Below are positions 1 through 9,338 of a stretch of 64,000 nucleotides of DNA, one piece after another. Position numbers and translations under genes: made by a program. The notes under the pieces are model-generated. The model was not told where the DNA came from. It did not search any database and saw only the letters and a program-made list of their open reading frames with translations. Position 1 is the stretch's first letter; every line of letters begins with the position of its first letter. The DNA comes from Candidatus Avilachnospira sp. (GTDB lineage: Bacteria; Bacillota; Clostridia; Oscillospirales; Oscillospiraceae): NCBI GenBank assembly GCA_045589035.1, contig JAZNFJ010000083.1:6551-70550 (forward strand), written 5' to 3'.

Positions 1-679
1 GATTAATAATCAATTTATCGCAGGCTTTTTGATGGAGAAAAATGTTCATTTTTGCTTCCACATATTCATCCATGTCCTTGTGCACATCCAGATGATTAGG
101 TGCGAGATTGGTTACAACGGCAATGTGCGGTGACTGTTTCATGTGCATCAGCTGGAAGGAACTCAGTTCTACCACTGCAATATCATCTGGTTTCATCTGA
201 TCTGCCAGAGGCAGTAACGGCTGACCGATATTGCCGCCGACCCAGATAGTCTTCCCTGCCTGCTCCAAAATCTCCGCGATCAATGTGGTGGTAGTTGTTT
301 TTCCGTCAGAACCAGTCACAGCAATGATCTGACAGGGGCAGACCGCAAAGAAAGCCTCCATTTCAGAAGTAACGACCGCACCGCTATCACGCAGCTGACA
401 AAGAGCTGGAATATTGGGGTGCATGCCGGGGGTGCGGAATACAATATCACCCTGCAGATTTTCCAGATATCCGCTGCCAAGGTGCAGTTCCGCTCCTGCC
501 TGTTCCAGTTCCAGAACTTCTGCATCCAAATCAGCCCGCTCGCTCTTATCGCAGGCCACTACATGCAGCTTTCGATCCAACAGCATTCGGATCAGCGGAC
601 GGTTACTGACACCGATGCCAAGGACGATGATCCGCTTGCCATTCAGCATCGCAAAATATTGATCAACCAATTGGTTCAT
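1..679 (-). CDS. murD: UDP-N-acetylmuramoylalanine--D-glutamate ligase MurD, N-terminal ~226 aa (3' end runs off the window)
   Basis: Own translation of the minus strand from ATG at 679 (GAGG RBS upstream): MNQLVDQYFAMLNGKRIIVLGIGVSNRPLI...QIIAVTGSDGKTTTTTLIAEIL...VVTNLAPNHLDVH. Has the Mur-ligase P-loop GSDGKTT. Absent from the ORF track because it is open at the window edge. Confidence 0.85.
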   Translation of the reverse strand, partial: MNQLVDQYFAMLNGKRIIVLGIGVSNRPLIRMLLDRKLHVVACDKSERADLDAEVLELEQAGAELHLGSGYLENLQGDIVFRTPGMHPNIPALCQLRDSGAVVTSEMEAFFAVCPCQIIAVTGSDGKTTTTTLIAEILEQAGKTIWVGGNIGQPLLPLADQMKPDDIAVVELSSFQLMHMKQSPHIAVVTNLAPNHLDVHKDMDEYVEAKMNIFLHQKACDKLIIN

Positions 680-775
680 GATGATACCTCATTTCTGTTT
701 CTCTCACTATTATAGCCACAGAAGGCGTCTTTTGCAATTCATTTGACAAGAAGATAGAAATAAAGTAAAATATAG

Positions 776-1122
776 CAGCGACCGGGTCGGACAGTCGCGT
801 GTGCAGTGCCGAAAGGCCGTACATGAGGAAAGTCCGGGCTCCGCAGGGCAAGGATAACGGGTAACGCCCGCCGAAGGCAACTTCAGGAAAAGTGCAACAG
901 AGATATACCGCCATCAGCAGATGGTAAGGGTGGAAAGGTGCGGTAAGAGCGCACCCGATGGTGTGGAAGCATCCATCGCTGCAAACTCTATCCGGAGCAA
1001 CACCGCAAAGGAAACAAGGCTTGCCCGGCTGTTTCCAATCAGGTGGCTGGATCGCAGAGGCAACTCTGCGGCTAGATAGATGACTGTCGAACACAGAACC
1101 CGGCTTATAGACCCGATCGTGC
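776..1122 (+). ncRNA. rnpB: RNase P RNA (bacterial type A)
   Basis: Universal motif GAGGAAAGTCCGGGCTCC at about 825-842. Also GGTAAGGGTGGAAAGGTGCGGTAAGAGCGCACC (type-A P10-P12 region) and 3' ACAGAACCCGGCTTAT at 1092-1107. 5' CGACCGGGTC can pair with 3' GACCCGATCG as P1. Ends are approximate (+/-10 nt). Confidence 0.92.
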
Positions 1123-1224
1123 AATGGTGCGTCAAGGATCTTTTCCTTGGCGTATTTTTGCTGATTGCACAATTTTTCCTGCATTCGCTTATAGGATATC
1201 GGTATTTTGCTATGCAAAATCCTC

Positions 1225-1253
1225 TTGATTTTATTTCGATAAAGTGGTAAAAT
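1225..1253 (+). promoter_or_regulatory. Putative sigma-A promoter of the his operon
   Basis: TTGATT (1225-1230), 17-nt spacer, TAAAAT (1248-1253) preceded by TGg (extended -10). About 30 nt upstream of the hisZ start. Confidence 0.45.
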
Positions 1254-1285
1254 ATTAAAGACTACCAACGGAAAGGATTTTGGCT

Positions 1286-2383
1286 ATGAACACGCTGCTC
1301 AAACCGGAAGAAAAGGTTGTATACAAGCTGCGGGAACTCTACCGCAGCAGAGGCTATGCACCCTTCAAGATGAGTAAATTCGAAACCTATGAACTGTATA
1401 TGCAGAATAAGGATTTTCTTGTTTCTGACAGTGTGATTACTTTTACGGAAACCGACGGCACTTTGATGGCATTGAAGCCTGATGTGACGCTGTCCATTGT
1501 CAAGAATTTCAAGAAAGAATCCACTCCGCTGCAGAAGGTCCATTACAGCGAAAATGTCTATCGCCGCGAGGGTGCCGGACATACCTTCCGTGAAATCATG
1601 CAGGCAGGTCTGGAATGTCTTGGTGATGTAGGCTGTTATGAGCTTTGCGAAGTGATTGTTCTCGCTGCCAACAGTCTGCAGGCTATCTCCGATCGGTTCG
1701 TTCTGGATATTTCTCATATGCAGATCGTTAAGGATGTACTCGATTCTCTCGGTTTGACCTTTGAGCAGGAGACCAAAATCCTGCAGGCAATTGCCGATAA
1801 GAACGAAGATGCCCTGGATCTGGCAGAAATGGACACTTCCCTTCTGCGCACCCTTCTGCATACTTGCGGCCCTATCAGCGATGTACTTCCCCGACTTTCT
1901 GATCTGTGCTGCACAGACGCATCCAAGTTGGCCTTCCATCAGCTTTGCACCATTGCCGAGGTTCTGCAGCAAAATGGTCTGGATCAGTTCGTGCATCTGG
2001 ATTTCTCTATTGTGAACGATATGAATTACTATAACGGTATTGTTTTCCGCGGTTATGTGGAAGGCATTCCTTCCGGTGTTCTGTCCGGCGGTCAGTACGA
2101 TAAGCTGATGGCTAAGATGGATAAGAACGCCGGTGGTATTGGTTTTGCAGTCTATCTGGATCAACTGGAACGACTGAGTACAGAAGACAAAAAATATGAT
2201 GTTGATATTGTTCTTTTGTACAGCAAAGATAGCTGCATTTCCAACCTTGCGGAGGAAGCAAACCGTCTTTCCGCCAACGGTGAAAGTGTTCTGCTTCTGA
2301 AGAAAAAGCCGGCGGATATGCGTTGCCGCAAGCTGATGCAATATGCAGACGGGAGGGTGGAACTGCTTGAAGACAATGGTTAA
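1286..2383 (+). CDS. hisZ: ATP phosphoribosyltransferase regulatory subunit HisZ
   Basis: HisRS-like paralog (LLKPEEKVVYKLRELYRSRGYAPFKMSKFE...) directly ahead of a short-form hisG. ATG 1286 sits 8 nt after GAAAGGA. The ORF track starts at TTG 1280. Confidence 0.85.
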   Translation: MNTLLKPEEKVVYKLRELYRSRGYAPFKMSKFETYELYMQNKDFLVSDSVITFTETDGTLMALKPDVTLSIVKNFKKESTPLQKVHYSENVYRREGAGHTFREIMQAGLECLGDVGCYELCEVIVLAANSLQAISDRFVLDISHMQIVKDVLDSLGLTFEQETKILQAIADKNEDALDLAEMDTSLLRTLLHTCGPISDVLPRLSDLCCTDASKLAFHQLCTIAEVLQQNGLDQFVHLDFSIVNDMNYYNGIVFRGYVEGIPSGVLSGGQYDKLMAKMDKNAGGIGFAVYLDQLERLSTEDKKYDVDIVLLYSKDSCISNLAEEANRLSANGESVLLLKKKPADMRCRKLMQYADGRVELLEDNG

Positions 2384-3002
2384 TGTGGCTCTGCCCAAGG
2401 GCCGTCTGGGAGAAAAGGTCTATGCAATGTTTGATCAGGCCGGCTTTGATTGTCCCAGCATCAAAGAAAACAACAGAAAACTGATTTTTGAAAACCCCGA
2501 AGCAGGTGTCCGTTTCTTCTGGGTCAAGCCCTCTGATGTGGCCATTTATGTCGAGCGCGGTGCTGCTGACATTGGTGTTGCTGGCAAAGATATCCTGCTG
2601 GAGTACAAACCGGACGTATATGAACTGGTGGATCTTCACATGGGAAAATGCTGTATGGCAGTGGCTGCAAAGAGCGATTTCCGCGACAACAAGGAAAAGA
2701 CTTTGCGCGTGGCTACCAAGTTTACCAATATCGCAAGAAATTATTACAGCGCACAATGCCGCGATATCGATATCATTAAACTCAACGGCTCTATTGAATT
2801 AGCACCGATTTTGGGGCTGTCCGACGTTATTGTGGACATTGTGGAAACCGGAACCACACTGAAGGAAAATGATCTGGTCCCCTTTGAAACCATCGTTCCC
2901 ATCAGTGCCAGACTGATCAGCAACAAGGTCAGTTACAAGTTTAAAAATGAACAAATCTCTGCCATTGTAGCAGGTTTGAAGGGACAGGTGAAGCCGGAAT
3001 GA
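2376..3002 (+). CDS. hisG: ATP phosphoribosyltransferase, short form HisG
   Basis: MVNVALPKGRLGEKVYAMFDQAGF...; about 208 aa. ATG 2376 overlaps the hisZ stop (ATGGTTAA). Confidence 0.92.
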   Translation: MVNVALPKGRLGEKVYAMFDQAGFDCPSIKENNRKLIFENPEAGVRFFWVKPSDVAIYVERGAADIGVAGKDILLEYKPDVYELVDLHMGKCCMAVAAKSDFRDNKEKTLRVATKFTNIARNYYSAQCRDIDIIKLNGSIELAPILGLSDVIVDIVETGTTLKENDLVPFETIVPISARLISNKVSYKFKNEQISAIVAGLKGQVKPE

Positions 3003-4276
3003 TTCAGATTTTAAAAGACAGTGAAGTGACACTGGAGGAAATTTTGGCCCGTTCTGTTCCCACCGAACAGGTCACCGATGTGGTTGCGGACATTCTGGCA
3101 GACGTAAAGCAAAACGGCGATGCAGCATTACTCCGCTACGCAGAGAAGTTTGACCATGTCGCACTTTCCTCACTGGAAGTCACAAAAGAAGAAATCGAAA
3201 CTGCAATGACTTCGATTGAACCGGATTTTCTGGCAGTACTGGAAGAAGCAGCAGGCAACATCCGCCGTTTTCACAGCCAGCAGGTTCGAAGCAGTTTCAT
3301 TTTGAACGAAAAGTCCGGTGTGGTCATGGGTCAGAAAATCATGGCCATTGAGAATGTAGGCATCTATGTTCCCGGCGGTACTGCCGCATATCCCTCTACT
3401 GTTTTAATGGATTCGATTCCTGCCAAACTGGCCGGCTGCAAGCAGATCGTCATGGTCACACCGCCCGGCAAAGATGGATCTATCCCCGCCGCCATTCTGG
3501 CAGCAGCCAAGATCGCCGGTGTGGATCGAATCTTTAAGATGGGCGGTGCGCAGGCAGTTGCAGCGCTTGCTTTTGGTACTGAATCCGTGCCCAAAGTGGA
3601 TAAAATTGTCGGTCCCGGCAATGCCTATGTGGCAGAAGCCAAGCGACAGGTCTTTGGTATGGTGTCCATCGATATGATCGCCGGCCCCAGTGAGATTTTG
3701 GTCATTGCGGACGGTACTTGTGATGCAAAAATTGTGGCTGCAGATCTGCTTTCTCAGGCAGAGCACGACAGAATGGCAAGTGCTGTTCTGGTCACCGACA
3801 GTCTGACTTTGGCAGAAGCCGTGCAGCAGGAACTGGAGCGGCAGCTCCCCTTGTTGCCCCGTGAAGAAATTGCCAGAACTTCTATTGACCGTAACGGCAA
3901 GATTATTGTTACGGATACGATTACAAGAGCCATCGAAATTTCCAATGCCCTTGCACCGGAACATCTGGAAGTCTGTGTGGACAATCCCTTCGACTATTTG
4001 GATGCTATCACCCACGCAGGCTCCATCTTCCTTGGCAAAAACTGCCCGGAAGCACTTGGAGACTACATGGCTGGTCCCAATCATACCTTGCCAACCAGCG
4101 GCACAGCCCGGTTCTCCAGTCCGCTGTCCGTGGATGATTTTGTCAAGAAATCTCAATATACATACTTCACCCGTGATGCCCTTGGTCAGGTAGCAAACAA
4201 GGTAGCTGCCTTTGCCGAGAAGGAAGGCCTGCAGGCACATGCACGCAGTGCCACCATTCGTTTTGAGGAACAATGA
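2999..4276 (+). CDS. hisD: Histidinol dehydrogenase
   Basis: 425 aa, with ...SQAEHD..., PEHLE and GDYMAGPNHTLPT motifs. ATGA overlap with hisG. Confidence 0.95.
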   Translation: MIQILKDSEVTLEEILARSVPTEQVTDVVADILADVKQNGDAALLRYAEKFDHVALSSLEVTKEEIETAMTSIEPDFLAVLEEAAGNIRRFHSQQVRSSFILNEKSGVVMGQKIMAIENVGIYVPGGTAAYPSTVLMDSIPAKLAGCKQIVMVTPPGKDGSIPAAILAAAKIAGVDRIFKMGGAQAVAALAFGTESVPKVDKIVGPGNAYVAEAKRQVFGMVSIDMIAGPSEILVIADGTCDAKIVAADLLSQAEHDRMASAVLVTDSLTLAEAVQQELERQLPLLPREEIARTSIDRNGKIIVTDTITRAIEISNALAPEHLEVCVDNPFDYLDAITHAGSIFLGKNCPEALGDYMAGPNHTLPTSGTARFSSPLSVDDFVKKSQYTYFTRDALGQVANKVAAFAEKEGLQAHARSATIRFEEQ

Positions 4277-4277
4277 T

Positions 4278-5339
4278 ATGAGCAAATTTCTGAACCCCAG
4301 ATTTGAAACACTTGAAGCATATACTCCAGGCGAACAGCCGCAGGATATGGTCTATACGAAACTGAACACCAACGAATCCCCATACCCTGCCGCTCCGGAA
4401 GTGGTCGCCGCCATCGACAAGACACAGGTTGAAAATTTGCGGCTTTACTCCGATCCGGACAGTAAGCCTCTTGTCAAAAAGCTGGCTGAAACATACGGTG
4501 TACAGCCGGAAAATATCTTTGTTTCCAATGGTTCTGATGATATTCTGAACTTTGCGTTTATGGCATTTTCCGGTCAGCCCGGTAAAGCTATCTTCCCAGA
4601 TGTGACCTATGGTTTCTATCAGGTTTTTGCGGATCTGCATCAGGTGGACGCGAAACTGATCCCGTTGGAAGAAGATTTTTCTATTGATTATACAAAGTAC
4701 CTCAATCAGGACTGCTTGATTGTTCTTGCCAATCCCAATGCACAGGTCGGCAGAGCACTACCCGTGTCCGTTATGGAGCAGATCATTGCGTCCAATCCCA
4801 ATCATGTGGTAGTGGTGGATGAAGCCTATGTGGATTTCGGTGCTGAAAGCTGCGTTCCTCTGGTTGAAAAGTATGATAACCTTCTGGTTGTGCAGACATT
4901 CTCCAAATCCAGAAGTCTGGCAGGAGCAAGACTTGGTTTTGCTGTCGGCAGCAAGGAAATCATTGAAGACCTTAATCGAATCAAGTACTCCACCAATCCC
5001 TACAACGTCAATCGTCTGACTATGGCTGCCGGTGTGGCTGCGCTGGAAGCTGCAGATTATTATGCCGAAAACTGCAAGAAGATCATGGCAGCCAGAGATT
5101 ATACCCATAAAGCACTGGAAGATCTTGGTTTTACAGTTATCCCCTCTGAGGCAAACTTCCTATTTGCATCCCATCCGCAGCTGGATGGCGGCACACTGTA
5201 TCAGGATCTGAAGCGTCGCGGTATTCTGATCCGCCACTTTAACAGTGATCGTATGCGCCAGTTCAACCGCATTACCATCGGTACACAGGAACAAATGGAA
5301 CTTCTGGTAAATACCATCAAAGAAATTCTGGAGGCTTGA
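4278..5339 (+). CDS. hisC: Histidinol-phosphate aminotransferase
   Basis: MSKFLNPRFETLEAYTPGEQP... and PLP-lysine context QTFSKSRSLAGARLG. ATG 4278 lies just after the hisD stop. The longer ORF-track start overlaps hisD. Confidence 0.93.
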   Translation: MSKFLNPRFETLEAYTPGEQPQDMVYTKLNTNESPYPAAPEVVAAIDKTQVENLRLYSDPDSKPLVKKLAETYGVQPENIFVSNGSDDILNFAFMAFSGQPGKAIFPDVTYGFYQVFADLHQVDAKLIPLEEDFSIDYTKYLNQDCLIVLANPNAQVGRALPVSVMEQIIASNPNHVVVVDEAYVDFGAESCVPLVEKYDNLLVVQTFSKSRSLAGARLGFAVGSKEIIEDLNRIKYSTNPYNVNRLTMAAGVAALEAADYYAENCKKIMAARDYTHKALEDLGFTVIPSEANFLFASHPQLDGGTLYQDLKRRGILIRHFNSDRMRQFNRITIGTQEQMELLVNTIKEILEA

Positions 5340-5342
5340 TTT

Positions 5343-5930
5343 ATGAGAACATACGAACTGCAGAGAAAGACAGCAGAAACCGATATTTCTCTTTCCTTAA
5401 ATCTGGACGGAACCGGCAAGTCAGCCATTGACAGCGGCTGCGGTTTTCTGGATCACATGCTGACCCTTTTTGCCCGTCATGGTCGATTTGATTTGTCTGT
5501 AAAGTGCAACGGCGATACACAGGTGGATGACCACCACACCGTCGAGGACATCGGCATCTGTCTTGGTGAGGCATTCTTCCATGCCATTGGAGATAAGCGC
5601 GGTATCAATCGCTACGGCAGTATGATGCTGCCCATGGATGAAGCATTGATCCTCAGCACTGTGGATCTCAGCGGTCGTTCTCTGCTTGCCTACGACATGG
5701 ATATTCCCACCGAAAAGGTCGGTACATTTGATACGCAGCTGAATGAGGAGTTTTGGCTTGCGTTCACCCGCTGCGCTGCCTGCACCCTTCACATCCGCCA
5801 GCTGGCAGGAACAAACAGCCACCATATCATCGAGGGTACTTTTAAATCTGTTGCACGAAGCCTGCGTCAGGCTGTTGCAGCCGATCCTGACTGCCCCAAC
5901 GAAATTCCCTCCACCAAAGGAGTCCTGTAA
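5343..5930 (+). CDS. hisB: Imidazoleglycerol-phosphate dehydratase
   Basis: ...TAETDISLSLNLDGTG...GFLDHML...DDHHTVEDIGI...NSHHIIE... Confidence 0.95.
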   Translation: MRTYELQRKTAETDISLSLNLDGTGKSAIDSGCGFLDHMLTLFARHGRFDLSVKCNGDTQVDDHHTVEDIGICLGEAFFHAIGDKRGINRYGSMMLPMDEALILSTVDLSGRSLLAYDMDIPTEKVGTFDTQLNEEFWLAFTRCAACTLHIRQLAGTNSHHIIEGTFKSVARSLRQAVAADPDCPNEIPSTKGVL

Positions 5931-6542
5931 ATGCTTGCTGTTGTAGATTACGGAGTCGGAAATCTTTTTTCCCTTCGTTGTTCTTTGGAAAAAATTGGTG
6001 CTGATGTGGTCGTTACCAGTGACCTGACTGTTATTAAAAAGGCGGATCATGTGATCCTGCCCGGTGTCGGAGCTTTTGCGGATGCTGCAGCCAAACTCCG
6101 GGAAAGCGGATTGGCTGAGGTCGTCATCAAAGAGGCCAAAGCAGGTAAGCCATTGCTTGGCATCTGCCTTGGTATGCAGCTTCTCTTTGAAAAGAGTCTG
6201 GAATATGGAGAGCACGCAGGACTGGGATTACTGCAAGGCAGTGTGGTTCCCATGGAAGGTGTCATTCCCAGTCAGCTTGCCGTTCCCCACATTGGCTGGA
6301 ATGGGCTGCATATTCAGCAGAAGGACTCTCCCCTGTTCCGCTACACCAAAGATGGGGACTGCGTATATTTTGTCCACTCTTACTATGCTGTTGGATGTGA
6401 CGACAGTCTGGCTGCCTCAACGGAATATGGCGCTGAACTCACTGCCGCTGTCGCAAAGGGTAATATTTTCGGCTGCCAGTTCCATCCCGAAAAAAGTGGT
6501 GATGTGGGTTTGGGCATTTTGAAAGCATTTCTGGAGGTCTGA
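5931..6542 (+). CDS. hisH: Imidazole glycerol phosphate synthase, glutaminase subunit HisH
   Basis: MLAVVDYGVGNLFSL..., LLGICLGMQLL and FHPEKS, a class-I amidotransferase triad context. Confidence 0.95.
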   Translation: MLAVVDYGVGNLFSLRCSLEKIGADVVVTSDLTVIKKADHVILPGVGAFADAAAKLRESGLAEVVIKEAKAGKPLLGICLGMQLLFEKSLEYGEHAGLGLLQGSVVPMEGVIPSQLAVPHIGWNGLHIQQKDSPLFRYTKDGDCVYFVHSYYAVGCDDSLAASTEYGAELTAAVAKGNIFGCQFHPEKSGDVGLGILKAFLEV

Positions 6543-6545
6543 TCC

Positions 6546-7259
6546 GTGAATATTTTTCCAGCAATTGACTTATTTGAAGGCAAGGCCGTCCGACTGTTTA
6601 AAGGCGACTATGCCCAGATGACCGTTTATCACGAAAATCCCGTAGAGGTCGCCAAGGAATTTGAACGACAGGGTGCTTCCTATCTCCATTTGGTGGATCT
6701 GGAAGGCGCAAAGAACGGTGACACCCCCAATCTGGATACGATCTCGAAAATTGTTTCTGAAACAAATCTGTTCACAGAAGTTGGCGGCGGTATTCGCTCT
6801 ATGGATACCATCCGTGCTTATCTGAACATTGGTGTCAATCGTGTGATTCTCGGCACCGCTGCCGTGAATGATCCCCAGTTTTTGCAGCAAGCCGTTACTG
6901 AGTTTGGTGCGCATGTGGCAGTAGGTGTAGATATTCGTGATGGGTATGTCGCCATCAAGGGTTGGACAGAACAATCCCAGTATACTTGCGATGAATTCTT
7001 TGCAATGATGCAAAGACTGGGGGTTTCCACCATTATCTGTACCGATATATCCAGAGATGGCGCCATGAAGGGTGCAAACCTGGAACTGTATCGCCGCCTT
7101 TCCGAAACCTATCAAATGGACATTATTGCATCAGGCGGCGTATCTTCTATGGAAGATATTGAGGCTTTGCATAAAATGGACCTCTACGGTGCAATTATCG
7201 GCAAAGCTTACTACACCGGCGCAATCGACCTGCGTCAGGCCATTGAGGTGGCAAAATGA
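6546..7259 (+). CDS. hisA: ProFAR isomerase HisA
   Basis: GTG start; (M)NIFPAIDLFEGKAVRLFKGDY..., TDISRDGAMKG. Confidence 0.93.
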   Translation: MNIFPAIDLFEGKAVRLFKGDYAQMTVYHENPVEVAKEFERQGASYLHLVDLEGAKNGDTPNLDTISKIVSETNLFTEVGGGIRSMDTIRAYLNIGVNRVILGTAAVNDPQFLQQAVTEFGAHVAVGVDIRDGYVAIKGWTEQSQYTCDEFFAMMQRLGVSTIICTDISRDGAMKGANLELYRRLSETYQMDIIASGGVSSMEDIEALHKMDLYGAIIGKAYYTGAIDLRQAIEVAK

Positions 7260-8014
7260 TTACAAAAAGAATTATTCCCTGTCTGGATGTGAAAGACGGA
7301 CGCGTTGTAAAAGGCGTCAATTTCCTGGGTCTAGCGGATGTATCCTCCCCTGTCAAGCTGGCACAGTATTACAGCGACTGCGGTGCGGATGAGTTGGTTT
7401 TTTATGATATCACTGCTTCTGCAGAAGGTCGTGCATTGTTCACCGATATTCTCCGGGAAGTGGCATCTCAGATTTTTATTCCCCTGACCGTTGGCGGTGG
7501 TATTAACACCATCGAAGATTTCGACAGAGTGCTGAAATGTGGTGCTGACAAAGTCAGCGTTAACTCCGGTGCCATCCGAAATCCCGATCTTATCCGACAG
7601 GGTGCTGAAAAATACGGCAATCAGTGCGTGGTAATCTCCTGTGATATCAAGCGTGTGAATGGAGAATTCCGTGTCTTTGCCAAAGGCGGCCGCGAGGACA
7701 CCGGTATGGAGGCAATTTCCTGGATTAAGCGCTGCGTTGATATGGGCGCCGGCGAAGTCGTTGTGAACTCTATCGACACAGACGGTGTCAAGAAAGGTTT
7801 TGACCTGCCAATGCTGAAGGCCGTCTGCGAGGCTGTTCATGTGCCTGTCATTGCATCCGGTGGTGCCGGCAATATGCAGGATTTTGTTACCCTGTTCCAT
7901 GAAATTCCAGACATGAGCGCCGGACTTGCCGCCTCCATCTTCCATTTTGGAGAGGTAGAAATCTGCGACTTGAAAAAAGTGCTGCAGGATAATTCCATTC
8001 ATGTGAGGTTATAA
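7256..8014 (+). CDS. hisF: Imidazole glycerol phosphate synthase, cyclase subunit HisF
   Basis: MITKRIIPCLDVKDGRVVKGVNF..., TVGGGI, NSIDTDGVKKGFD. ATGA overlap with hisA. Confidence 0.96.
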   Translation: MITKRIIPCLDVKDGRVVKGVNFLGLADVSSPVKLAQYYSDCGADELVFYDITASAEGRALFTDILREVASQIFIPLTVGGGINTIEDFDRVLKCGADKVSVNSGAIRNPDLIRQGAEKYGNQCVVISCDIKRVNGEFRVFAKGGREDTGMEAISWIKRCVDMGAGEVVVNSIDTDGVKKGFDLPMLKAVCEAVHVPVIASGGAGNMQDFVTLFHEIPDMSAGLAASIFHFGEVEICDLKKVLQDNSIHVRL

Positions 8015-8016
8015 GT

Positions 8017-8664
8017 ATGATTGATGTAAGTACTTTGAAATTTGACGAAAAAGGTCTGATTCCCGCAATCGTTGTGGATGCAGACACCAAGAAAGTTCTC
8101 ACCCTGGCATACATGAACCGGGAGAGTCTGGAGATTTCCATGGCAGAGAAACGCACCTGTTTCTGGAGCCGTTCCCGTCAGGAACTCTGGCGAAAGGGTG
8201 AAACCAGCGGCAATGTTCAGCATATCGTTTCCATCACTGCCGACTGTGACCGGGATGCGCTGGTTGTCCTGGTAAAGAAAGAAGGTCCCGCATGCCATCT
8301 GGGTACAGATTCTTGTTTCAGTAATCCGCTTTGGGAGAATGAAGATCTGCATGCCTTCTCTCTGGAAGGTCTTATGGACATGCTGGTCGGAAGAAAAGTG
8401 GAGAAGAAGGAAGGTTCCTATACCACCTATTTGTTTGAAAAAGGCTTGGACAAAATCTTAAAGAAAGTCGGCGAGGAATGCACCGAAGTCATCATCGGCG
8501 CAAAATCCAACGACAAGAAAGAAACTGTCTATGAGATTGCAGACCTCTGCTACCATGTGATGGTGCTGATGATTGAAATGGGCATTTCTCTTGACGACAT
8601 CCGAGAGGAACTGGCTTCCCGCCATGTGATTGACCACAAAGTCAAGCAGGAAAAAATGGTATAA
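8017..8664 (+). CDS. hisI: Bifunctional phosphoribosyl-AMP cyclohydrolase / phosphoribosyl-ATP pyrophosphatase HisIE
   Basis: N-terminal HisI (LIPAIVVDADTKKVLTLAYMNRESL...WSRSRQELWRKGETSGN...CHLG..SCF) fused to a C-terminal HisE (SYTTYLFEKGLDKILKKVGEE..E). Confidence 0.93.
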   Translation: MIDVSTLKFDEKGLIPAIVVDADTKKVLTLAYMNRESLEISMAEKRTCFWSRSRQELWRKGETSGNVQHIVSITADCDRDALVVLVKKEGPACHLGTDSCFSNPLWENEDLHAFSLEGLMDMLVGRKVEKKEGSYTTYLFEKGLDKILKKVGEECTEVIIGAKSNDKKETVYEIADLCYHVMVLMIEMGISLDDIREELASRHVIDHKVKQEKMV

Positions 8665-8671
8665 AACGCAG

Positions 8672-8701
8672 AAAAAAACCACCACATAAGTGGTGGGTTT
8701 T
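8672..8701. terminator. Bidirectional intrinsic terminator between hisIE and the zinc-ribbon gene
   Basis: A-run, stem CCACCAC / GTGGTGG with loop ATAA, then T-run. Lies between convergent genes. Confidence 0.8.
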
Positions 8702-8712
8702 AAAATTTCTAA

Positions 8713-8985
8713 TTAGCCCTTCATGCGAGCGAAGCAATCGCTGCAGTACACAGGACGGTCAGTCTTGGGCTCAAAGGGAACCTTAGCTTCGCCGCCGCAG
8801 GCAGCGCAAGTTGCGGTGAAATACTCTCTGGGACCACGGGCTGCATTCTTGCGAGCATCGCGGCAGGTCTTGCAGCGCTGAGGCTCATTCTGGAAGCCAC
8901 GCTCAGCATAGAATTCCTGCTCACCGGCAGTGAACACGAACTCGGAGCCGCATTCCTTGCAAACTAAAGTCTTGTCTTCGTACAT
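8713..8985 (-). CDS. CxxC-x17-CxxC zinc-ribbon domain protein
   Basis: MYEDKTLVCKECGSEFVFTAGEQEFYAERGFQNEPQRCKTCRDARK...CAACGGEAKVPF...PVYCSDCF: two CxxC...CxxC units. Codon usage looks strongly biased. Confidence 0.85.
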   Translation of the reverse strand: MYEDKTLVCKECGSEFVFTAGEQEFYAERGFQNEPQRCKTCRDARKNAARGPREYFTATCAACGGEAKVPFEPKTDRPVYCSDCFARMKG

Positions 8986-9224
8986 TGATCTTACCTCTCT
9001 TTGACATAGTTCTTCCCTGAAGTATTCCCATCAAAAACTTGTAGGTCAGGGGAAATTATTGCGGACAGCATATTGCTGTGAACGCCATTACGGTCGACGT
9101 TTTTCGCGCTATGAGCCAAGGCTTCAGTCAGAACTCTAAACAGAAACTATTAAGAGGCGAATGAATTGGTTCGTGACGGACAAACAATCGAAACACCCAA
9201 ACGGGCATAGGTGTGACTATCGGT

Positions 9225-9252
9225 ATTATAACACAACAGTTTTGTTTGTCAA
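9225..9252 (-). promoter_or_regulatory. Putative strong sigma-A promoter for the zinc-ribbon gene (implies a ~235-nt leader)
   Basis: Minus strand reads TTGACA (9252-9247), 16-nt spacer, TGt-TATAAT (9230-9225). Confidence 0.5.
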
Positions 9253-9338
9253 TAATATTCAATAAATTTTAAGCAAAAAATTCATTTTTGTGTAAATTCT
9301 ACAAGAAATTTACATAAGAAAATCGTTACATCACTAAC

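Noticed and set aside
663-1268. 201-aa minus-strand ORF (and a 73-aa nested ORF)
   Set aside because: It overlaps the RNase P RNA gene almost entirely. The RNA signature motifs explain the region, and the real minus-strand gene (murD) starts at 679 in another frame.
1262-2398. 378-aa minus-strand ORF antisense to hisZ
   Set aside because: Opposite a hisZ gene that fits the operon and overlaps hisG correctly. The product has no recognisable motifs.
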